From an uncultured Eubacteriales bacterium (GTDB lineage Bacteria > Bacillota > Clostridia > Christensenellales > CAG-138), in assembly GCA_902768795.1 (NCBI GenBank), contig CACXMS010000004.1:109479-173478 (forward strand): a stretch of 64,000 nucleotides of DNA, in the 5' to 3' direction. Positions 1-11,400 of this stretch are shown piece by piece. The notes beneath the pieces were generated by a model that searched no databases, was not told the DNA's origin, and saw only the letters and a program-made list of their open reading frames with translations. Made by a program: the position numbers and the translations under genes. How positions within the stretch are numbered: position 1 is the first letter of the stretch; every line of letters begins with the position of its first letter.

Positions 1-83
1 TGAAGAAGCGCCGGAAGTGATTGACCGCTGTTTACAGCCTTCGACAGAAGAAATCGGCTTCTGTCACCCTTATCGGCAGTCTG

Positions 84-118
84 CCCCAGCGTGTCAAAAG
101 GTCTTTGACACGCTGGGG
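84..118. repeat. GCGTGTCAA...TTGACACGC palindromic intergenic element, copy 1
   Basis: CCCCAGCGTGTCAAAAGGTCTTTGACACGCTGGGG. Confidence 0.7.
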
Positions 119-208
119 GACGGAAAACTCGCAGTATGCGTTTTCCGTCCCCTTTGTTTCTTCCTTTTTTCGCGGCAGCGTCGGTGCGGGAACCGTGCCG
201 CCCGCTTA

Positions 209-237
209 TTGACAGAAGCGGGAATATCGGATAAAAT
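209..237 (+). promoter_or_regulatory. sigma-70-like promoter upstream of uvrA (TTGACA-17 nt-TAAAAT)
   Basis: TTGACA at 209-214, a 17-nt spacer, TAAAAT at 232-237, about 25 nt upstream of the uvrA ATG. Confidence 0.4.
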
Positions 238-260
238 GGAAGCCCCCAAATAAGAAAGAG

Positions 261-3149
261 ATGGCTCGCATGGAAAGCAAAGAAGTATTCAAGCAGACGT
301 ATCGCCGCAACGACGAGGACCTTCGCATCTACGGGGCGAAGGAGCACAATCTGAAAAATATCGATCTTACGATCCCGCGCAACAAGCTCGTGGTGATGAC
401 GGGCGTTTCCGGCTCGGGAAAGTCCAGTCTGGCGTTCGATACCATTTACGCGGAAGGGCAGCGGCGCTATGTCGAAAGTCTTTCCTCCTATGCGCGGATG
501 TTCATCGGGCAGATGGACAAGCCGGACGTCGAGCGGATCGACGGGCTTTCCCCGGCGATCTCGATCGACCAGAAGAGCACCGGGCACAACCCGCGTTCGA
601 CGGTCGGCACCGTGACCGAAATCTACGATTACCTGCGCCTGCTCTATGCGCGCTGCGGCATTCCGCACTGTCCGAACTGCGGCAGAGTCATCGAAAAGCA
701 GTCGATCGACATGGTTGTGGACCGCGTCATGGAGATGGCGCCCGGAACGAAGCTGCAGATCATCGCGCCGTGCGTCCGCAAGCGCAAGGGCGAGTTTACG
801 AAGCTGTTTGAGCAACTCCGGCGCGAAGGGTATGTGCGCGTGCGCGTCGACGGCGAAGTGTACCCGATCGAGGAAGCGCCCGCGCTCGACAAGAAATTCA
901 AGCATACGATCGAGGCCGTGATCGACCGGATCGTGCTGAAGGACGGCGTCGAAAGCCGGCTGACCGAGTCGCTCGAGCACGCGTTCGCGCTCGGACAGAA
1001 CCTGGCGATCGTCGCGCCGGCGGACGGCGAGGAGCAGCTGTTCTCGCAGAATTTCGCGTGCCCGGACTGCGGAATTGGCATCGAGGAGCTTGCGCCGCGC
1101 GCGTTTTCGTTCAACGCGCCGTTCGGCGCCTGCCCGACCTGCGCCGGCCTCGGCGAGCTGATGAAGATCGACCCCGCGCTCGTCGTTCCGAACCCGGAAA
1201 AATCGCTGAGCGAGGGCGCGATCCACGCCTCCGGCTGGAACAGCGACAGTCAGAATTCGATCGCGGAAATGTATTACCGCGCGCTGGCGAAGCATCTGAA
1301 CTTTTCGATGGACACGCCGTTTTGCGAGCTGCCCGAAAACGTGCAGAACGCGCTGCTGTACGGCACGAAGGAGAAGATGGAGGTCTCGTATTCGAGTCTG
1401 AATTCGAGCGGCAAATTCATGGCGGCGTTTGAGGGCATCATCCCGAACATGGAGCGGCGCTACCGCGAAACGACGAGCGACTGGACCAAGGCGGAGATCG
1501 AATCGCGCATGGCGCATACGGTCTGCCCCGACTGCAAGGGCAAGCGTTTGAAACGCGAAACGCTGGCGGTGACCGTCGGCGGGCTGAACATTGCCGAGCT
1601 TTGCGATCTGAACGTGAAGGCCTCGCGCGAATTTTTGAGAACCCTCGACCTCAGCCCGACGCACCGCACGATCGCGGCGGCAATTTTAAAGGAGCTTGAC
1701 GCGCGGCTCGGATTTTTGGTCAACGTCGGCCTCAGCTACCTGACGCTTTCGCGCGGCGCGACGACGCTTTCGGGCGGCGAGAGCCAGCGCATCCGCCTTG
1801 CGACGCAGATCGGCAGCGGGCTGGTCGGCGTGCTGTATATTCTCGACGAACCGAGCATCGGTCTGCACCAGCGCGACAACGCAAAGCTGCTCGATACGCT
1901 GAAGCGTCTGCGCGATCTCGGCAACACGCTGATCGTCGTCGAGCACGACGAGGAAACGATGCGCGCCGCGGATTATATCGTGGACATCGGCCCGCGCGCC
2001 GGCATTCACGGCGGCGAGGTCATGGCGGCCGGCACCCCCGAGGAGGTCATGGCGTGCGAAACGAGCCTGACCGGACAGTACCTTTCCGGCAAGCGGCGCA
2101 TCGAAGTTCCCAAAAGCAGGCGACCGGGCAACGGCAGGTTTTTAACCGTTCGCGGCGCGGCGGCAAACAACCTCAAGAACATCGACGTTTCGATCCCGCT
2201 CGGCATGTTCGTCTGCGTGACCGGCGTTTCCGGCTCGGGCAAATCGAGTCTGGTCAACGAAATCGTCAAAAAGCGGCTGCTGCACGATCTGAACCGCGCG
2301 CGCGTCCGCGCCAGGGCGCACGCCGGCATGGAGGGCATCGAGCATCTCGACAAGGTCATCGACATCGATCAGAGCCCGATCGGCAAGACGCCGCGCTCGA
2401 ATCCCGCGACGTACACGGGGCTGTTCGATCTGATCCGCGCGCTGTTTGCGGCGACGCCGGACGCGAAGCTGCGCGGGTACAACAGCGGCCGGTTCAGCTT
2501 CAACGTCAAGGGCGGCCGCTGCGAAGCGTGCAAGGGCGACGGCATCGTGAAAATCGAAATGCACTTTCTGCCGGACGTTTACGTGCCGTGCGACGTCTGC
2601 CGCGGCAAGCGCTACAACCGCGAAACGCTGGAAGTGCGCTACAAGGGCAAGAACATTTACGACGTGCTGGAGATGACCGTCGAGGAGGCGCTGCCGTTCT
2701 TCTCGGCGCATCCGAAGATCAAGGCAAAGCTGCAGACGCTGTACGACGTCGGGCTCGGATACGTGAAGCTCGGGCAGCCCTCGACGCAGCTTTCAGGCGG
2801 CGAGGCGCAGCGCGTGAAGCTTGCGACTGAGCTGAGCCGCCGCGATACGGGCCGCACGATGTACATTCTCGACGAGCCGACGACCGGCCTGCACACGCAC
2901 GACGTCAAGCGGCTTCTGGAGATTTTGAACCGCCTTGCCGATTCCGGCAGCACGGTGCTGGTCATCGAGCACAACCTCGACGTGATCAAAACCGCGGACT
3001 ACATCATCGACCTCGGACCCGAGGGCGGCGACGAGGGCGGCACGATCGTCGCAACCGGCACGCCCGAAGAGGTTGCACTGTGTGAACAAAGTTATACGGG
3101 ACAGTTCATAAAGCGCGTTCTTTCGCAGCCGCAGACGGAGGGCGTATGA
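261..3149 (+). CDS. uvrA: excinuclease ABC subunit A
   Basis: 962 aa. Two Walker A motifs ([10 protein letters not shown] twice), two ABC signatures ([16 protein letters not shown]), CxxC zinc modules, typical UvrA length and N-terminus. Confidence 0.97.
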   Translation: MARMESKEVFKQTYRRNDEDLRIYGAKEHNLKNIDLTIPRNKLVVMTGVSGSGKSSLAFDTIYAEGQRRYVESLSSYARMFIGQMDKPDVERIDGLSPAISIDQKSTGHNPRSTVGTVTEIYDYLRLLYARCGIPHCPNCGRVIEKQSIDMVVDRVMEMAPGTKLQIIAPCVRKRKGEFTKLFEQLRREGYVRVRVDGEVYPIEEAPALDKKFKHTIEAVIDRIVLKDGVESRLTESLEHAFALGQNLAIVAPADGEEQLFSQNFACPDCGIGIEELAPRAFSFNAPFGACPTCAGLGELMKIDPALVVPNPEKSLSEGAIHASGWNSDSQNSIAEMYYRALAKHLNFSMDTPFCELPENVQNALLYGTKEKMEVSYSSLNSSGKFMAAFEGIIPNMERRYRETTSDWTKAEIESRMAHTVCPDCKGKRLKRETLAVTVGGLNIAELCDLNVKASREFLRTLDLSPTHRTIAAAILKELDARLGFLVNVGLSYLTLSRGATTLSGGESQRIRLATQIGSGLVGVLYILDEPSIGLHQRDNAKLLDTLKRLRDLGNTLIVVEHDEETMRAADYIVDIGPRAGIHGGEVMAAGTPEEVMACETSLTGQYLSGKRRIEVPKSRRPGNGRFLTVRGAAANNLKNIDVSIPLGMFVCVTGVSGSGKSSLVNEIVKKRLLHDLNRARVRARAHAGMEGIEHLDKVIDIDQSPIGKTPRSNPATYTGLFDLIRALFAATPDAKLRGYNSGRFSFNVKGGRCEACKGDGIVKIEMHFLPDVYVPCDVCRGKRYNRETLEVRYKGKNIYDVLEMTVEEALPFFSAHPKIKAKLQTLYDVGLGYVKLGQPSTQLSGGEAQRVKLATELSRRDTGRTMYILDEPTTGLHTHDVKRLLEILNRLADSGSTVLVIEHNLDVIKTADYIIDLGPEGGDEGGTIVATGTPEEVALCEQSYTGQFIKRVLSQPQTEGV

Positions 3150-3898
3150 AAATGCTGCGGATCGTACTGCTCGTGCTCGGATTGCTTCTGATCGCGGATT
3201 CCGCGGTCGTGGCGACGCTTTCCAATTTCAATCTCGGCGTGATCCTGCCCGCGTTTTTCGGCGTGCCGCTCGTGCTCCTCGCGTGGCTGCTGCCGAAAAT
3301 GGACCACGGCTTTTTGGCGGTACTCAAGTGGGCGGCGATCCTCGGCTACGCGATCGCGGGCGGGATCCTGCTCGTCTGCGGGATCCTGATGGGGACGGCC
3401 GCAAAGCGGAGCGAAGACGTCGACGCCGACGCGCTGATCGTGCTCGGCGCGGCCGTGCACGGCGACCGCGTGACATGGGTGCTGTCCAACCGGCTCGACA
3501 CCGCGGCCGCGTATCTGGAGACGCACCCGGACTGCGTCGCGGTCGTTTCCGGCGGGCAGGGCAGCGGCGAAAGCGTTTCCGAAGCCGCCGCGATGCAGAA
3601 GTATCTGATTGAGCAAAAGGGCATTGCGCCGGAGCGCATTCTCGTTGAGGATCAAAGCACGAACACGCGCGAAAACTTCGCGTTCTCCAAAGCGCTGCTG
3701 GATCGGGAGCGCCCCTCATCTTCCCGCGTTGCGTTTGTCACGACCGGGTTTCACGTCTTCCGCGCAGGCAGAGTCGCCCGCGCCGCCGGGCTTGACGCCG
3801 TCGGCGTCGCCGCGCCGGACGTCTGGTACATTGCGCTGAACAATTTCCTGCGCGAAAGCGTCGGCATTTGCGTGTATGCGCTGCGCGGACAGTTATAA
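3146..3898 (+). CDS. YdcF/DUF218 family membrane-anchored protein
   Basis: N-terminal TM helices followed by the [14 protein letters not shown]...VVSGGQG...E motif typical of DUF218 (ElyC/SanA/YdcF). ATGA overlap with the uvrA stop. Confidence 0.75.
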   Translation: MKMLRIVLLVLGLLLIADSAVVATLSNFNLGVILPAFFGVPLVLLAWLLPKMDHGFLAVLKWAAILGYAIAGGILLVCGILMGTAAKRSEDVDADALIVLGAAVHGDRVTWVLSNRLDTAAAYLETHPDCVAVVSGGQGSGESVSEAAAMQKYLIEQKGIAPERILVEDQSTNTRENFAFSKALLDRERPSSSRVAFVTTGFHVFRAGRVARAAGLDAVGVAAPDVWYIALNNFLRESVGICVYALRGQL

Positions 3899-3994
3899 TC
3901 TTTTTCAAAATCGAAAAATATATATGGATGATGTCCTTCTTTCCAAGCAGCGTTACGCGCGGATGGAGCCACGCAATGAAATTTATTTGATAGT

Positions 3995-4085
3995 CGGAGG
4001 CGGTCGCATGACCGCCTCCGACTTTTCTTCCTGCAAGTATTCTTTTCCCAAATCCGCCGCAAACGGTCTGACCCCTTATTCGACA
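3995..4085. repeat. convergent-gene spacer element (hairpin plus CCTGCAAGTATTCTTTTCC core), copy A
   Basis: Shares CCTGCAAGTATTCTT and GCCGCAAACGGTCTGACCCCTT with copies at 22784, 24075, 43841 and 55341. Confidence 0.6.
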
Positions 4086-4103
4086 GGCTGCGGCAGTCTG
4101 ATT

Positions 4104-4553
4104 TCAATCTTTTTTGAGCGGAATCCAGATGCTTACGGTCATCTCCTGTTCGCCCTCTTTCGGCGGAAGGTAGACCTCGATATCATATTCTCCCGCAAGA
4201 GAATACCCCTGCAGCGCGGGCAGCCATTCCGACCGGATCTTTGTGTCGGTATCCTGCAGCGAGTGCACCGTGCACGGGAACTGCGCCCAGCAGCTTCCGG
4301 GAATCACCCGGGTTTCACAACCTTCCGGGATATCCTCCCACGGAAAATACAGATCCGCGATCCAGTAATCAAAGTCCTTTCCTTTCATATCGAGGCAAAC
4401 GCCGAAGGTTCCCATGATCGAACGCTTCTCGCCCTGCGCCAGCCATTCATCCCAAAACTTCGGTATTTCCTGATAACTCGTATCCGAATTGAACGGTCTT
4501 TTCACGCCGACAATCGTAAACGGCGCTTTTTCAACAATACGGTAATCCAACAT
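4104..4553 (-). CDS. GyrI-like small-molecule-binding domain protein
   Basis: 149 aa. The N-terminus resembles the effector-binding domains of AraC/MerR-type activators (SbmC/GyrI-like fold). Confidence 0.65.
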   Translation of the reverse strand: MLDYRIVEKAPFTIVGVKRPFNSDTSYQEIPKFWDEWLAQGEKRSIMGTFGVCLDMKGKDFDYWIADLYFPWEDIPEGCETRVIPGSCWAQFPCTVHSLQDTDTKIRSEWLPALQGYSLAGEYDIEVYLPPKEGEQEMTVSIWIPLKKD

Positions 4554-4590
4554 CGTTCCACCCTCTGTTTGTTTCGGAAGCGTCCGCCGC

Positions 4591-5469
4591 TTACCGATAA
4601 TACTGTTCGAGAAAGGTGTAAACGTCTTCGCGCGTGCCCATGAACGGACCGGGGGTCTCCATTTTCAGCGAAACGAGCGCCGCCGCGAATTCGAGCGCCT
4701 CGGGGATCTCATGCGTAAGCCGCTCGATCAGGTAGCCCGCAAACGTCGTATCGCCGCGGCCGGTGCGCCCGGCCAGCCCGCGCGGACAGAGCTTCGAACG
4801 GTAAATGCTTCTGCCGTCGCAGACGATCGCTTCGGTGTTGTGCGTGATCAGCACTTCCTGCGCGCCCCATTCGCACAGCAGAAACGCCGCTTTTTCCCGA
4901 TCCGCCGTTCCGGTCAGCACCTCGGCCTCGGCCGCGTCGGTTTTGAGATAGCGAATCAGCGGCAGAAGCTCCCGCTTCTCCTTCCAGTCGCGAAGCTCGA
5001 GCGTCCCGTCGTCGTTGCGGCAGCGCAGCATGGCCTGCACGTCGAGTCCGACGTCGCCGCGCTTCTGACACGCTTCGATCAGATCGCCGCCCATGTCCCC
5101 GGCGACCAGTCCGCCGAGATGATAGATCTTCGCTTCCGCGTCCGGCAGGTCGGCCGGCGTATACGGCTCGATGCCCTCGGTGTTCAGCCCGCGGCGCCGC
5201 TCGCGGTCCGGCGTGAAATACGTGTTCTGCATGACCGTGCAGGTCGGGGAATCGACCGGGAAAATGCGTTCGACCTTGCTTTTGGCAAAGACCGCGTACG
5301 GATCCAGCCGCGCGGCGTTGCCCTTCGGCACGACCGCGACCCGCCCGCCGATCGCGGCGGCGGCATAGCCGGAGAACGTGACCGCGCCGCCCGCGATGTA
5401 TTCCTCGCGGCCGTCATAGTCGATGTTGTGATCGAGCGTCATCTGCCCGATAATCATGGAATCAAACAT
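4591..5469 (-). CDS. PfkB-family carbohydrate/nucleoside kinase
   Basis: C-terminal GRTGRGDTTFAGY anion-hole/ATP motif typical of ribokinase-like PfkB kinases. Start trimmed to MFDSMIIGQ... (ATG at 5469), which overlaps the upstream gene end. Confidence 0.8.
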   Translation of the reverse strand: MFDSMIIGQMTLDHNIDYDGREEYIAGGAVTFSGYAAAAIGGRVAVVPKGNAARLDPYAVFAKSKVERIFPVDSPTCTVMQNTYFTPDRERRRGLNTEGIEPYTPADLPDAEAKIYHLGGLVAGDMGGDLIEACQKRGDVGLDVQAMLRCRNDDGTLELRDWKEKRELLPLIRYLKTDAAEAEVLTGTADREKAAFLLCEWGAQEVLITHNTEAIVCDGRSIYRSKLCPRGLAGRTGRGDTTFAGYLIERLTHEIPEALEFAAALVSLKMETPGPFMGTREDVYTFLEQYYR

Positions 5470-6172
5470 GGAGCAACGCCTCGCTTTCCGCAATGATATC
5501 TTCACGGGACGGGCAGCGCAGGCGATACGTTCGCGCGCGCAGCGCATCCATCATGGCAAAGGAATCGGTAATCCGCGTTTCAAACAGCATCGCGCTCCGC
5601 CCCTGATCGCCGTTGCGGTGCGCGTCGGACCCGACGGTCGGAAAAAGCTCGGGATGCGCCTGACAAAGCGCCAGCGCCCGGTCGTTCCGGCTGTCGTGCC
5701 GGGGGCAGGTATTCACAATCTCAAGACCGTGCACCGCGCCCCAGTCCACTTCATCGTTGTCACGGAACGGGTGCGCGTGAACGATCAGCACCTCGCTGCC
5801 GAACCGGTCGAAAAACTGCCGGTGATTCAGATGGCACATGTGCGGATTTTGCATCAGCCAGTCCTCGTCGATGCCGAACACCAGATAATCGCGGGTGTTT
5901 TCGGGGAACCGCAGCTCCGCGCCGAGAATCACGTCCATGCCGAGCGCGTCGCCCGCGGCCTTTGCCGCGCGGTAGCCCCTAAGATACCGCTCCATTGCTT
6001 CGCGCCAGCCCGCCCCGTCAAGCGACGGTTCGTAATAGCCGTCATGCAGATGGTCGGTCACGCAGACGCCCGCGTAGCCGAGCGCTTTATAAACGCGCAC
6101 CTGTTCGGCCGCCGGGACATGCCCGCAGCGGCTCGACTCGGCGGTATGCAGATGCAGTTCGTATGCGTACAT
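5462..6172 (-). CDS. PHP-domain metal-dependent phosphoesterase
   Basis: N-terminal ELHLHTAESSRCG (HxH PHP signature) and further His/Asp ligands (DHLHDG, HAHPFR, GSDAH). Confidence 0.75.
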   Translation of the reverse strand: MYAYELHLHTAESSRCGHVPAAEQVRVYKALGYAGVCVTDHLHDGYYEPSLDGAGWREAMERYLRGYRAAKAAGDALGMDVILGAELRFPENTRDYLVFGIDEDWLMQNPHMCHLNHRQFFDRFGSEVLIVHAHPFRDNDEVDWGAVHGLEIVNTCPRHDSRNDRALALCQAHPELFPTVGSDAHRNGDQGRSAMLFETRITDSFAMMDALRARTYRLRCPSREDIIAESEALLHV

Positions 6173-6180
6173 ACCGGTTC

Positions 6181-7185
6181 TCAGGAGCGCACGGCCCGGC
6201 AGGAGGAACGCAGAACGAGCAACGGCGGAAGAATCTCATGCGTATGCGGAAGATCGGGATTTTTGATCCGCTCGATCAGCATATCGACCGCGGCCTTCGC
6301 CATCCGCTCTTTCGGCTGATCGACGGTCGTCAGATCGATCGGCGGAAGCGCCGCAAAGGAAATGTTGTCAAATCCCATCAGAGAAAGACGGTTCGGAATC
6401 GAAACGCCGTTCTCGTACGCCGCCTGCATGACGCCGATCGCCAGCGAGTCGGACGCGCAAAGCATGGCCGTGTGCCGGATTCCGTCCTGAAAGTATCCGG
6501 CCGCCAGCCGATACCCCGCCTCCTGCGAGCTTCGCTCAAACGGCGAATACAGCACTTCGGGCGCGATCCCGGCGCTTTTGCACGCCTGCTCGTACCCCTC
6601 GAGGCGCAGCCGGTGCGTAACGCTGTTCGAGCGGCAGCCGAAATACAGGATGCGGCGATGCCCGAGCGAGTAAAGATACTCGGTCGCGGCGGCCATGCCC
6701 TGCCGGTTGTCGATTGCGACGTAGTTCTCCGGCAGATCCTGCAGGTTCTCGCTGATAAATACCGTCGGCACCTGCGCGGTGAGCTGCTGCAGCGACGAAT
6801 AGGAACCGCTGCCGACCGGGAGCAGAATCACGCCGTCCACCTGCCGGCCAAGCAGCAGGGAGAACACTTCCTTTTCCAGCTCCGTATCGTAGGAGGAGTT
6901 GCAGACCATCAGGTTGTATCCGTTGTGGCGGGCATGAATCTCGATGTGCGACGTCAGCTCGCTCATGAACGGATTCTCAATGCTGGCGACGATCAGGCCG
7001 ATGATGTTCGTCCGCTTCATGACCATCGACCGCGCGACGGCGTTCGGCGTATAGCCCATTTCCTCACACAGCTTCAGAATGCGCTTTCGCGTCTGTTCGC
7101 CGATCTCGGAGCTGCCGGAAAGCGCGCGGGAAACCGTCGCGTACGAAACGCCCGCGACCTTGGCGACGTCCTTGAGTGTGACCAT
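6181..7185 (-). CDS. LacI-family transcriptional regulator
   Basis: N-terminal HTH VTLKDVAKVAGVSYATVSRAL plus a periplasmic-binding-protein-like sugar-binding core. Confidence 0.9.
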   Translation of the reverse strand: MVTLKDVAKVAGVSYATVSRALSGSSEIGEQTRKRILKLCEEMGYTPNAVARSMVMKRTNIIGLIVASIENPFMSELTSHIEIHARHNGYNLMVCNSSYDTELEKEVFSLLLGRQVDGVILLPVGSGSYSSLQQLTAQVPTVFISENLQDLPENYVAIDNRQGMAAATEYLYSLGHRRILYFGCRSNSVTHRLRLEGYEQACKSAGIAPEVLYSPFERSSQEAGYRLAAGYFQDGIRHTAMLCASDSLAIGVMQAAYENGVSIPNRLSLMGFDNISFAALPPIDLTTVDQPKERMAKAAVDMLIERIKNPDLPHTHEILPPLLVLRSSCRAVRS

Positions 7186-7455
7186 GTGAATTCCCCCCGA
7201 TCAGTGCGAAAGCAGTTTACGAAAACGTTTTCGTAATTTTATTGTACACCCCGTTTTCCGGTTTGTCAATGCGCAACCGAAAGGGAAAACGGCTCGATTT
7301 TGGGTCGCTCGCGCCGGCTTTTCTCCTGCCCGGCGGCGCATCCGAACCGGATCGCGCATTTCTTTTTCTGCGTTCTTGCTTTTTTCCCCGGTTTCGGATA
7401 TACTGAAGAGTAAAGTGGTTTATGCCTCTGCATCCAACGGCAAAGGAGGATCGAC

Positions 7456-8544
7456 ATGTCGGATTTAATGGAATACAAATGCCCCTGCTGCGGCGCCGGC
7501 CTGAAGTTTTCAAGCGCGCTGCAGAAGATGAAGTGCGAATACTGCGACTCGGAATTCGACGTCGAAACGCTCAAGGCGTACGACGACGCTTTGAAAAAAG
7601 CTGAGGAAAAGAATCCCGAGGTCGATACGCCGACCGGCTCGGAATGGGCGCCCGGCGAGCAGGAAGGGATGCGGATCTATCTGTGCCAGTCCTGCGGCGG
7701 CGAGGTCGTCGGCGACGAAACGCTTGCGGCAAGCGCCTGTCCGTTCTGCGGCAATCCCGTGATTATGAAGGCTCAGTTTGCGGGCGATCTTCGGCCGGAT
7801 CTTGTGATCCCGTTCAAACTCGATAAGGAGGCCGCCAAGAAAGCGTTTGAAAAGCATCTTCTGGGCAAGCGTCTTTTGCCCAAGGTCTTCAAGTCGGAAA
7901 ACCACATCGACGAGATCAAGGGCGTCTACGTCCCCTTCTGGCTGTTCGACGCCGAAGTGGACGCCTCCGTGCAGTACCGCGGCACCAAAACGCGCGCCTG
8001 GTCCGATTTTCATTTCAATTACGTGGAAACCTCGCATTACTCGGTTTTCCGCGAGGGAAGGATGCGCTTTGAGGGCATCCCCGTCGACGGCTCCAAAAAG
8101 ATGCAGGATTCGATGATGGAATCGCTCGAGCCGTTCGACCTTGGCGAAGCCGTTCCGTTTCAGACGGCATTTTTATCGGGCTATTTTGCCGACCGGTACG
8201 ACGTCTCCGAAACCGAAAGTACGCCGCGCGCCAACGAGCGGCTGAAAATTTCAACCGAAACCGCGCTGAAAAACACGGTGTCCGGCTACGTGACGCTGTC
8301 GCAGGAGGGCTGCAACGTACGGAATATCGGCGGCCGTTCGCGCTATGCGCTGTTCCCGGTCTGGCTGATGAATACGACGTGGAACGGGCAGCAGTACCGC
8401 TTCGCCATGAACGGACAGACCGGCAAGTTCGTCGGCGACCTGCCGATGGATAAGGGCGCTTACGCGCGCTGGTGGCTGCTCGTCGGCGGCGGCGTCGCCG
8501 TTGCGGCATACGCGCTGCTGACCGCCTGCTCGGCGATTCTGTAA
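7456..8544 (+). CDS. zinc-ribbon protein with C-terminal TM anchor (function unknown)
   Basis: Three CxxC...CxxC pairs (CPCCG..CEYC, CQSCGG, CPFCGN) and a hydrophobic C-terminus WWLLVGGGVAVAAYALL. Confidence 0.6.
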   Translation: MSDLMEYKCPCCGAGLKFSSALQKMKCEYCDSEFDVETLKAYDDALKKAEEKNPEVDTPTGSEWAPGEQEGMRIYLCQSCGGEVVGDETLAASACPFCGNPVIMKAQFAGDLRPDLVIPFKLDKEAAKKAFEKHLLGKRLLPKVFKSENHIDEIKGVYVPFWLFDAEVDASVQYRGTKTRAWSDFHFNYVETSHYSVFREGRMRFEGIPVDGSKKMQDSMMESLEPFDLGEAVPFQTAFLSGYFADRYDVSETESTPRANERLKISTETALKNTVSGYVTLSQEGCNVRNIGGRSRYALFPVWLMNTTWNGQQYRFAMNGQTGKFVGDLPMDKGAYARWWLLVGGGVAVAAYALLTACSAIL

Positions 8545-8557
8545 GGGGGTGACGGGG

Positions 8558-9763
8558 ATGAAAAAACTGATTGCACTTGCCCTCACGCTGCTGCTGCTCG
8601 CCGTTCCGGTGCTCTCGCTTGCCGACGGCTCCATGCGGCAAAAGCCCCTGCTGGTCGATGAAGGCGATCTTTTGACCGTCGAAGAGGAGGCGACGCTCCT
8701 TGCGGAACTGGAGCGCATCAGCGCCGAGCAGAAATGCGACGTCGTCGTTGTGATCCCGCGCTCGCTCGGCGGCAAGTCCGCGACGGCATACGCCGACGAT
8801 TATTATGACGCCAACGGGTTCGGCTACGGCACGACCAAAGACGGCATCCTGCTGATGGTCTGCATGGAGGAGCGCGACTACGCGACCTGTACGACGGGCG
8901 CCGCGCAGGACTGGTTTGACGACGGCACGCTTTACGACATCGAAAATGCGTTCGTTCCGCTGCTGTCCGCCGGAAAATACTTCGAGGCGTTTTCCACCTA
9001 CGCGTCGCGCTGCGAGCGCGTGCTGCAGGGCGTCGACCGCCGGGAAGTGCTGTATCTTGACGACGCCGCCGGGCTTCTCTCCGAATCGGAGCGCGCCGCC
9101 GTGACGCGCAGACTGGAAAGCAACAGCCACGTCGCCGCGAACTGCGACATCGTCGTTCTGACCGTTCCCTCGCTCGGGCAGCAGTCCGCCGAGGACTACG
9201 CCGCCTCTATCTTCCACAGCGGCACGTATCGCCATGGCGCCGGATACGATAAGGTTGCGCTCGTCATCGACCGCGCCGCGGGCATGTGCTATTGCGTGAC
9301 CGACGGCAGCGCGAACACATACTTTCCGGAAAAAACGCGCGAAAAGCTCGCGCAAAACGCCGCCTCCGCCATCTCCTCCGGCGATATCCCCGGCGCTTTT
9401 TCGGAATTTGCCGAATCCGCATACCGGACGATTGATTCCTACTACCATACCCGCCACATCCAGTATTTCTCACCCTTACGGCTCGCGGGCGCTCTGGCTG
9501 TCGGCCTGATCGTCGGTCTGATCGTCGCAAGCGTTCTGAAAGGGCAGCTGAAATCCGTCAAGAGCCAGGTCAGTGCGACCGAATATCTGGTTCGGGATTC
9601 CCTGAACATGGTCGATTCGAAGGACCTGTTCCTCTACGCGAGCGTTTCCAAGACCGTGCGGCAGTCCGAAACGCGCAGCGGCGGCGGCAGCGGTCACAGC
9701 GGCGGCGGAAGCCACTTCTCGTCCTCCGGTTTTTCCCACGGCGGCCACAGCGGAAAATTCTGA
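8558..9763 (+). CDS. TPM-domain (YgcG-like) membrane protein
   Basis: Signal peptide, two TPM-like modules (VVVVIPRSLGG, IVVLTVPSLG), a TM helix and a Gly/Ser-rich tail GGGSGHSGGGSHFSSSGFSHGGHSG. ATG at 8558 preferred over the upstream GTG because of the GGGGGTGA RBS. Confidence 0.7.
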   Translation: MKKLIALALTLLLLAVPVLSLADGSMRQKPLLVDEGDLLTVEEEATLLAELERISAEQKCDVVVVIPRSLGGKSATAYADDYYDANGFGYGTTKDGILLMVCMEERDYATCTTGAAQDWFDDGTLYDIENAFVPLLSAGKYFEAFSTYASRCERVLQGVDRREVLYLDDAAGLLSESERAAVTRRLESNSHVAANCDIVVLTVPSLGQQSAEDYAASIFHSGTYRHGAGYDKVALVIDRAAGMCYCVTDGSANTYFPEKTREKLAQNAASAISSGDIPGAFSEFAESAYRTIDSYYHTRHIQYFSPLRLAGALAVGLIVGLIVASVLKGQLKSVKSQVSATEYLVRDSLNMVDSKDLFLYASVSKTVRQSETRSGGGSGHSGGGSHFSSSGFSHGGHSGKF

Positions 9764-9873
9764 CGGTTCACCCGTTTTAATCCCGTCCCGCGCATCCTGC
9801 GCGGGACGATTCATTTTTTGGAAGCGCGTCGCATACGTTTTGAACGGAGAACTACCCGAAAGGAGAATATTCG

Positions 9874-11340
9874 ATGGAGATACGGAAAACGGTGTTGTCG
9901 GCGGAAACGCTGGCGGGAAGCGCGTCCGCGCAGGCGCAGCTCGAAAGCGCGATCCCGCTGCCGGGCGGCGTGCGCTCGGAGAAGGTGCTTTCGTGCGAAC
10001 CGGAGGTGCGCGTGCGCGAAACGCTCTGCACGCGGGACGGGGTGCAGGTGACGGGGCTTCTGCTGCTGCATCTGGTCGTCGAGACCGACGCGAACAAGCC
10101 GCTGTCGTTTGACGCTTCGGCAACGTTCACGCACGAGCTGTCGCTGCCCGGCGCCCTGCCCGAAATGACGGCGCGCGCCGCGGCTTACGCGCCCGCGTGC
10201 ACCTGCCGCGTGGAGGAAGGCGGGCTTAGAATGCAGGCGACGCTGCTGCTGAACGCCGACGTTTTTGCAACCGTGCGCGAGACGTGCGTCGCGGGCGTCG
10301 ACGACGCGAAAGGGCTGGAAACGCAGGGAGAATCCGTGCGGCTCGTGCGGCGCACGCTGCTCGGCGCGCACGCGATCCGGCTGCAGGAAACGGTCGACGC
10401 GCCCGAAAACCTTTCGCTTCTGAAAACGAGCGGAACGGCGGAAATCGGGCGCATCGCAAACGGCGCAAGCGGCATGCCGGTCGAGGGGACGCTCACGGTC
10501 ACCGCTCTGTTTTACGACGACGAGGGCGGCGCGGTCTCCCGCGTTTACGCGATCCCGTTCACCGATACGATCGACGCCGAAGCGAACCCGCAGCCGAACG
10601 CGACCGCCGAGGTCACGCAGCTCGAAGCCGATTACGACGCCGACGGCGAGCTTGCGATCGAAGCCGTTCTGTCGCTCGGCGTTTACGGCGTCGCCGAGGA
10701 AAACGCATGGGTGCTGTCCGACGCGTACGACAGCGAGGGCAGCTTTTCCTGTGAAACAAAGTCCGTTCCGTGCCTGAACTACGTCGGCGAACGCACGCGA
10801 ACGACCGTCCTGCGCGAGCCGGTCTACCTCCCCGGTCACATGAAGGACGTGACGCGCGTGCTGTACGTCACCGCGACGCCCGCCGTCACCGATACGGTCA
10901 TTTCGGAGCGCGACGCCTCGATCGACGGGCTGCTGCTGCTTTCAATCGTGTACCGCGCCGACGACGGCCGGCTGTACGGATTCCGCACCGATCTGCCGTT
11001 TTCGCTGCCGCTCGAGCCGTTCGGCACGCTGCTGCTGCCGTCCGTAACGGTGCGCTCCGCGCAGGCCGCGGGCAGCGGGCGCACGCTGAGCTGCACGGTG
11101 GACCTGAAATACGGCGGCGAATGGTACCGGCAGGAAACCGCGCTGTTTACGACAGACCTTCGGCCCGGCGTCCCGCGCGATCCGCACGAGGGCATTCTCG
11201 TGTACTTCCCGGACCGCGGCGAAACGGTCTTTTCGATCGGCAAGCGCTTCGGCGTTCCGACTTCCGTGATCCGCGCCCAGAACCCGACGCTCTCCGAGCC
11301 GATCCCGGACGGCGCGCACGTACTGCTGCTTCGAAAATAA
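9874..11340 (+). CDS. DUF3794-like repeat protein with C-terminal LysM domain (spore-coat SafA-like)
   Basis: C-terminal LysM (YFPDRGETVFSIGKRFGVPTSVIRAQNPTLSEPIPDGAHVLLL) and a good RBS GAAAGGAGA. The DUF3794 assignment is from recollection of family architecture. Confidence 0.6.
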   Translation: MEIRKTVLSAETLAGSASAQAQLESAIPLPGGVRSEKVLSCEPEVRVRETLCTRDGVQVTGLLLLHLVVETDANKPLSFDASATFTHELSLPGALPEMTARAAAYAPACTCRVEEGGLRMQATLLLNADVFATVRETCVAGVDDAKGLETQGESVRLVRRTLLGAHAIRLQETVDAPENLSLLKTSGTAEIGRIANGASGMPVEGTLTVTALFYDDEGGAVSRVYAIPFTDTIDAEANPQPNATAEVTQLEADYDADGELAIEAVLSLGVYGVAEENAWVLSDAYDSEGSFSCETKSVPCLNYVGERTRTTVLREPVYLPGHMKDVTRVLYVTATPAVTDTVISERDASIDGLLLLSIVYRADDGRLYGFRTDLPFSLPLEPFGTLLLPSVTVRSAQAAGSGRTLSCTVDLKYGGEWYRQETALFTTDLRPGVPRDPHEGILVYFPDRGETVFSIGKRFGVPTSVIRAQNPTLSEPIPDGAHVLLLRK

Positions 11341-11400
11341 AGAAACACCGGGAAACCGTTCAAGGTTTCCCGATGTTTTTCGGTACAACGGTATTTCGGC

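Noticed and set aside
17-253. 78-aa and 63-aa ORFs upstream of uvrA
   Set aside because: The region contains a palindromic intergenic element, a terminator-like T-tract and the uvrA promoter. The ORFs overlap each other and lack an RBS.
3876-4643. 255-aa + strand ORF across the uvrA-distal spacer
   Set aside because: It spans a repeat element and runs antisense to the GyrI-like gene. It has no motifs or RBS.
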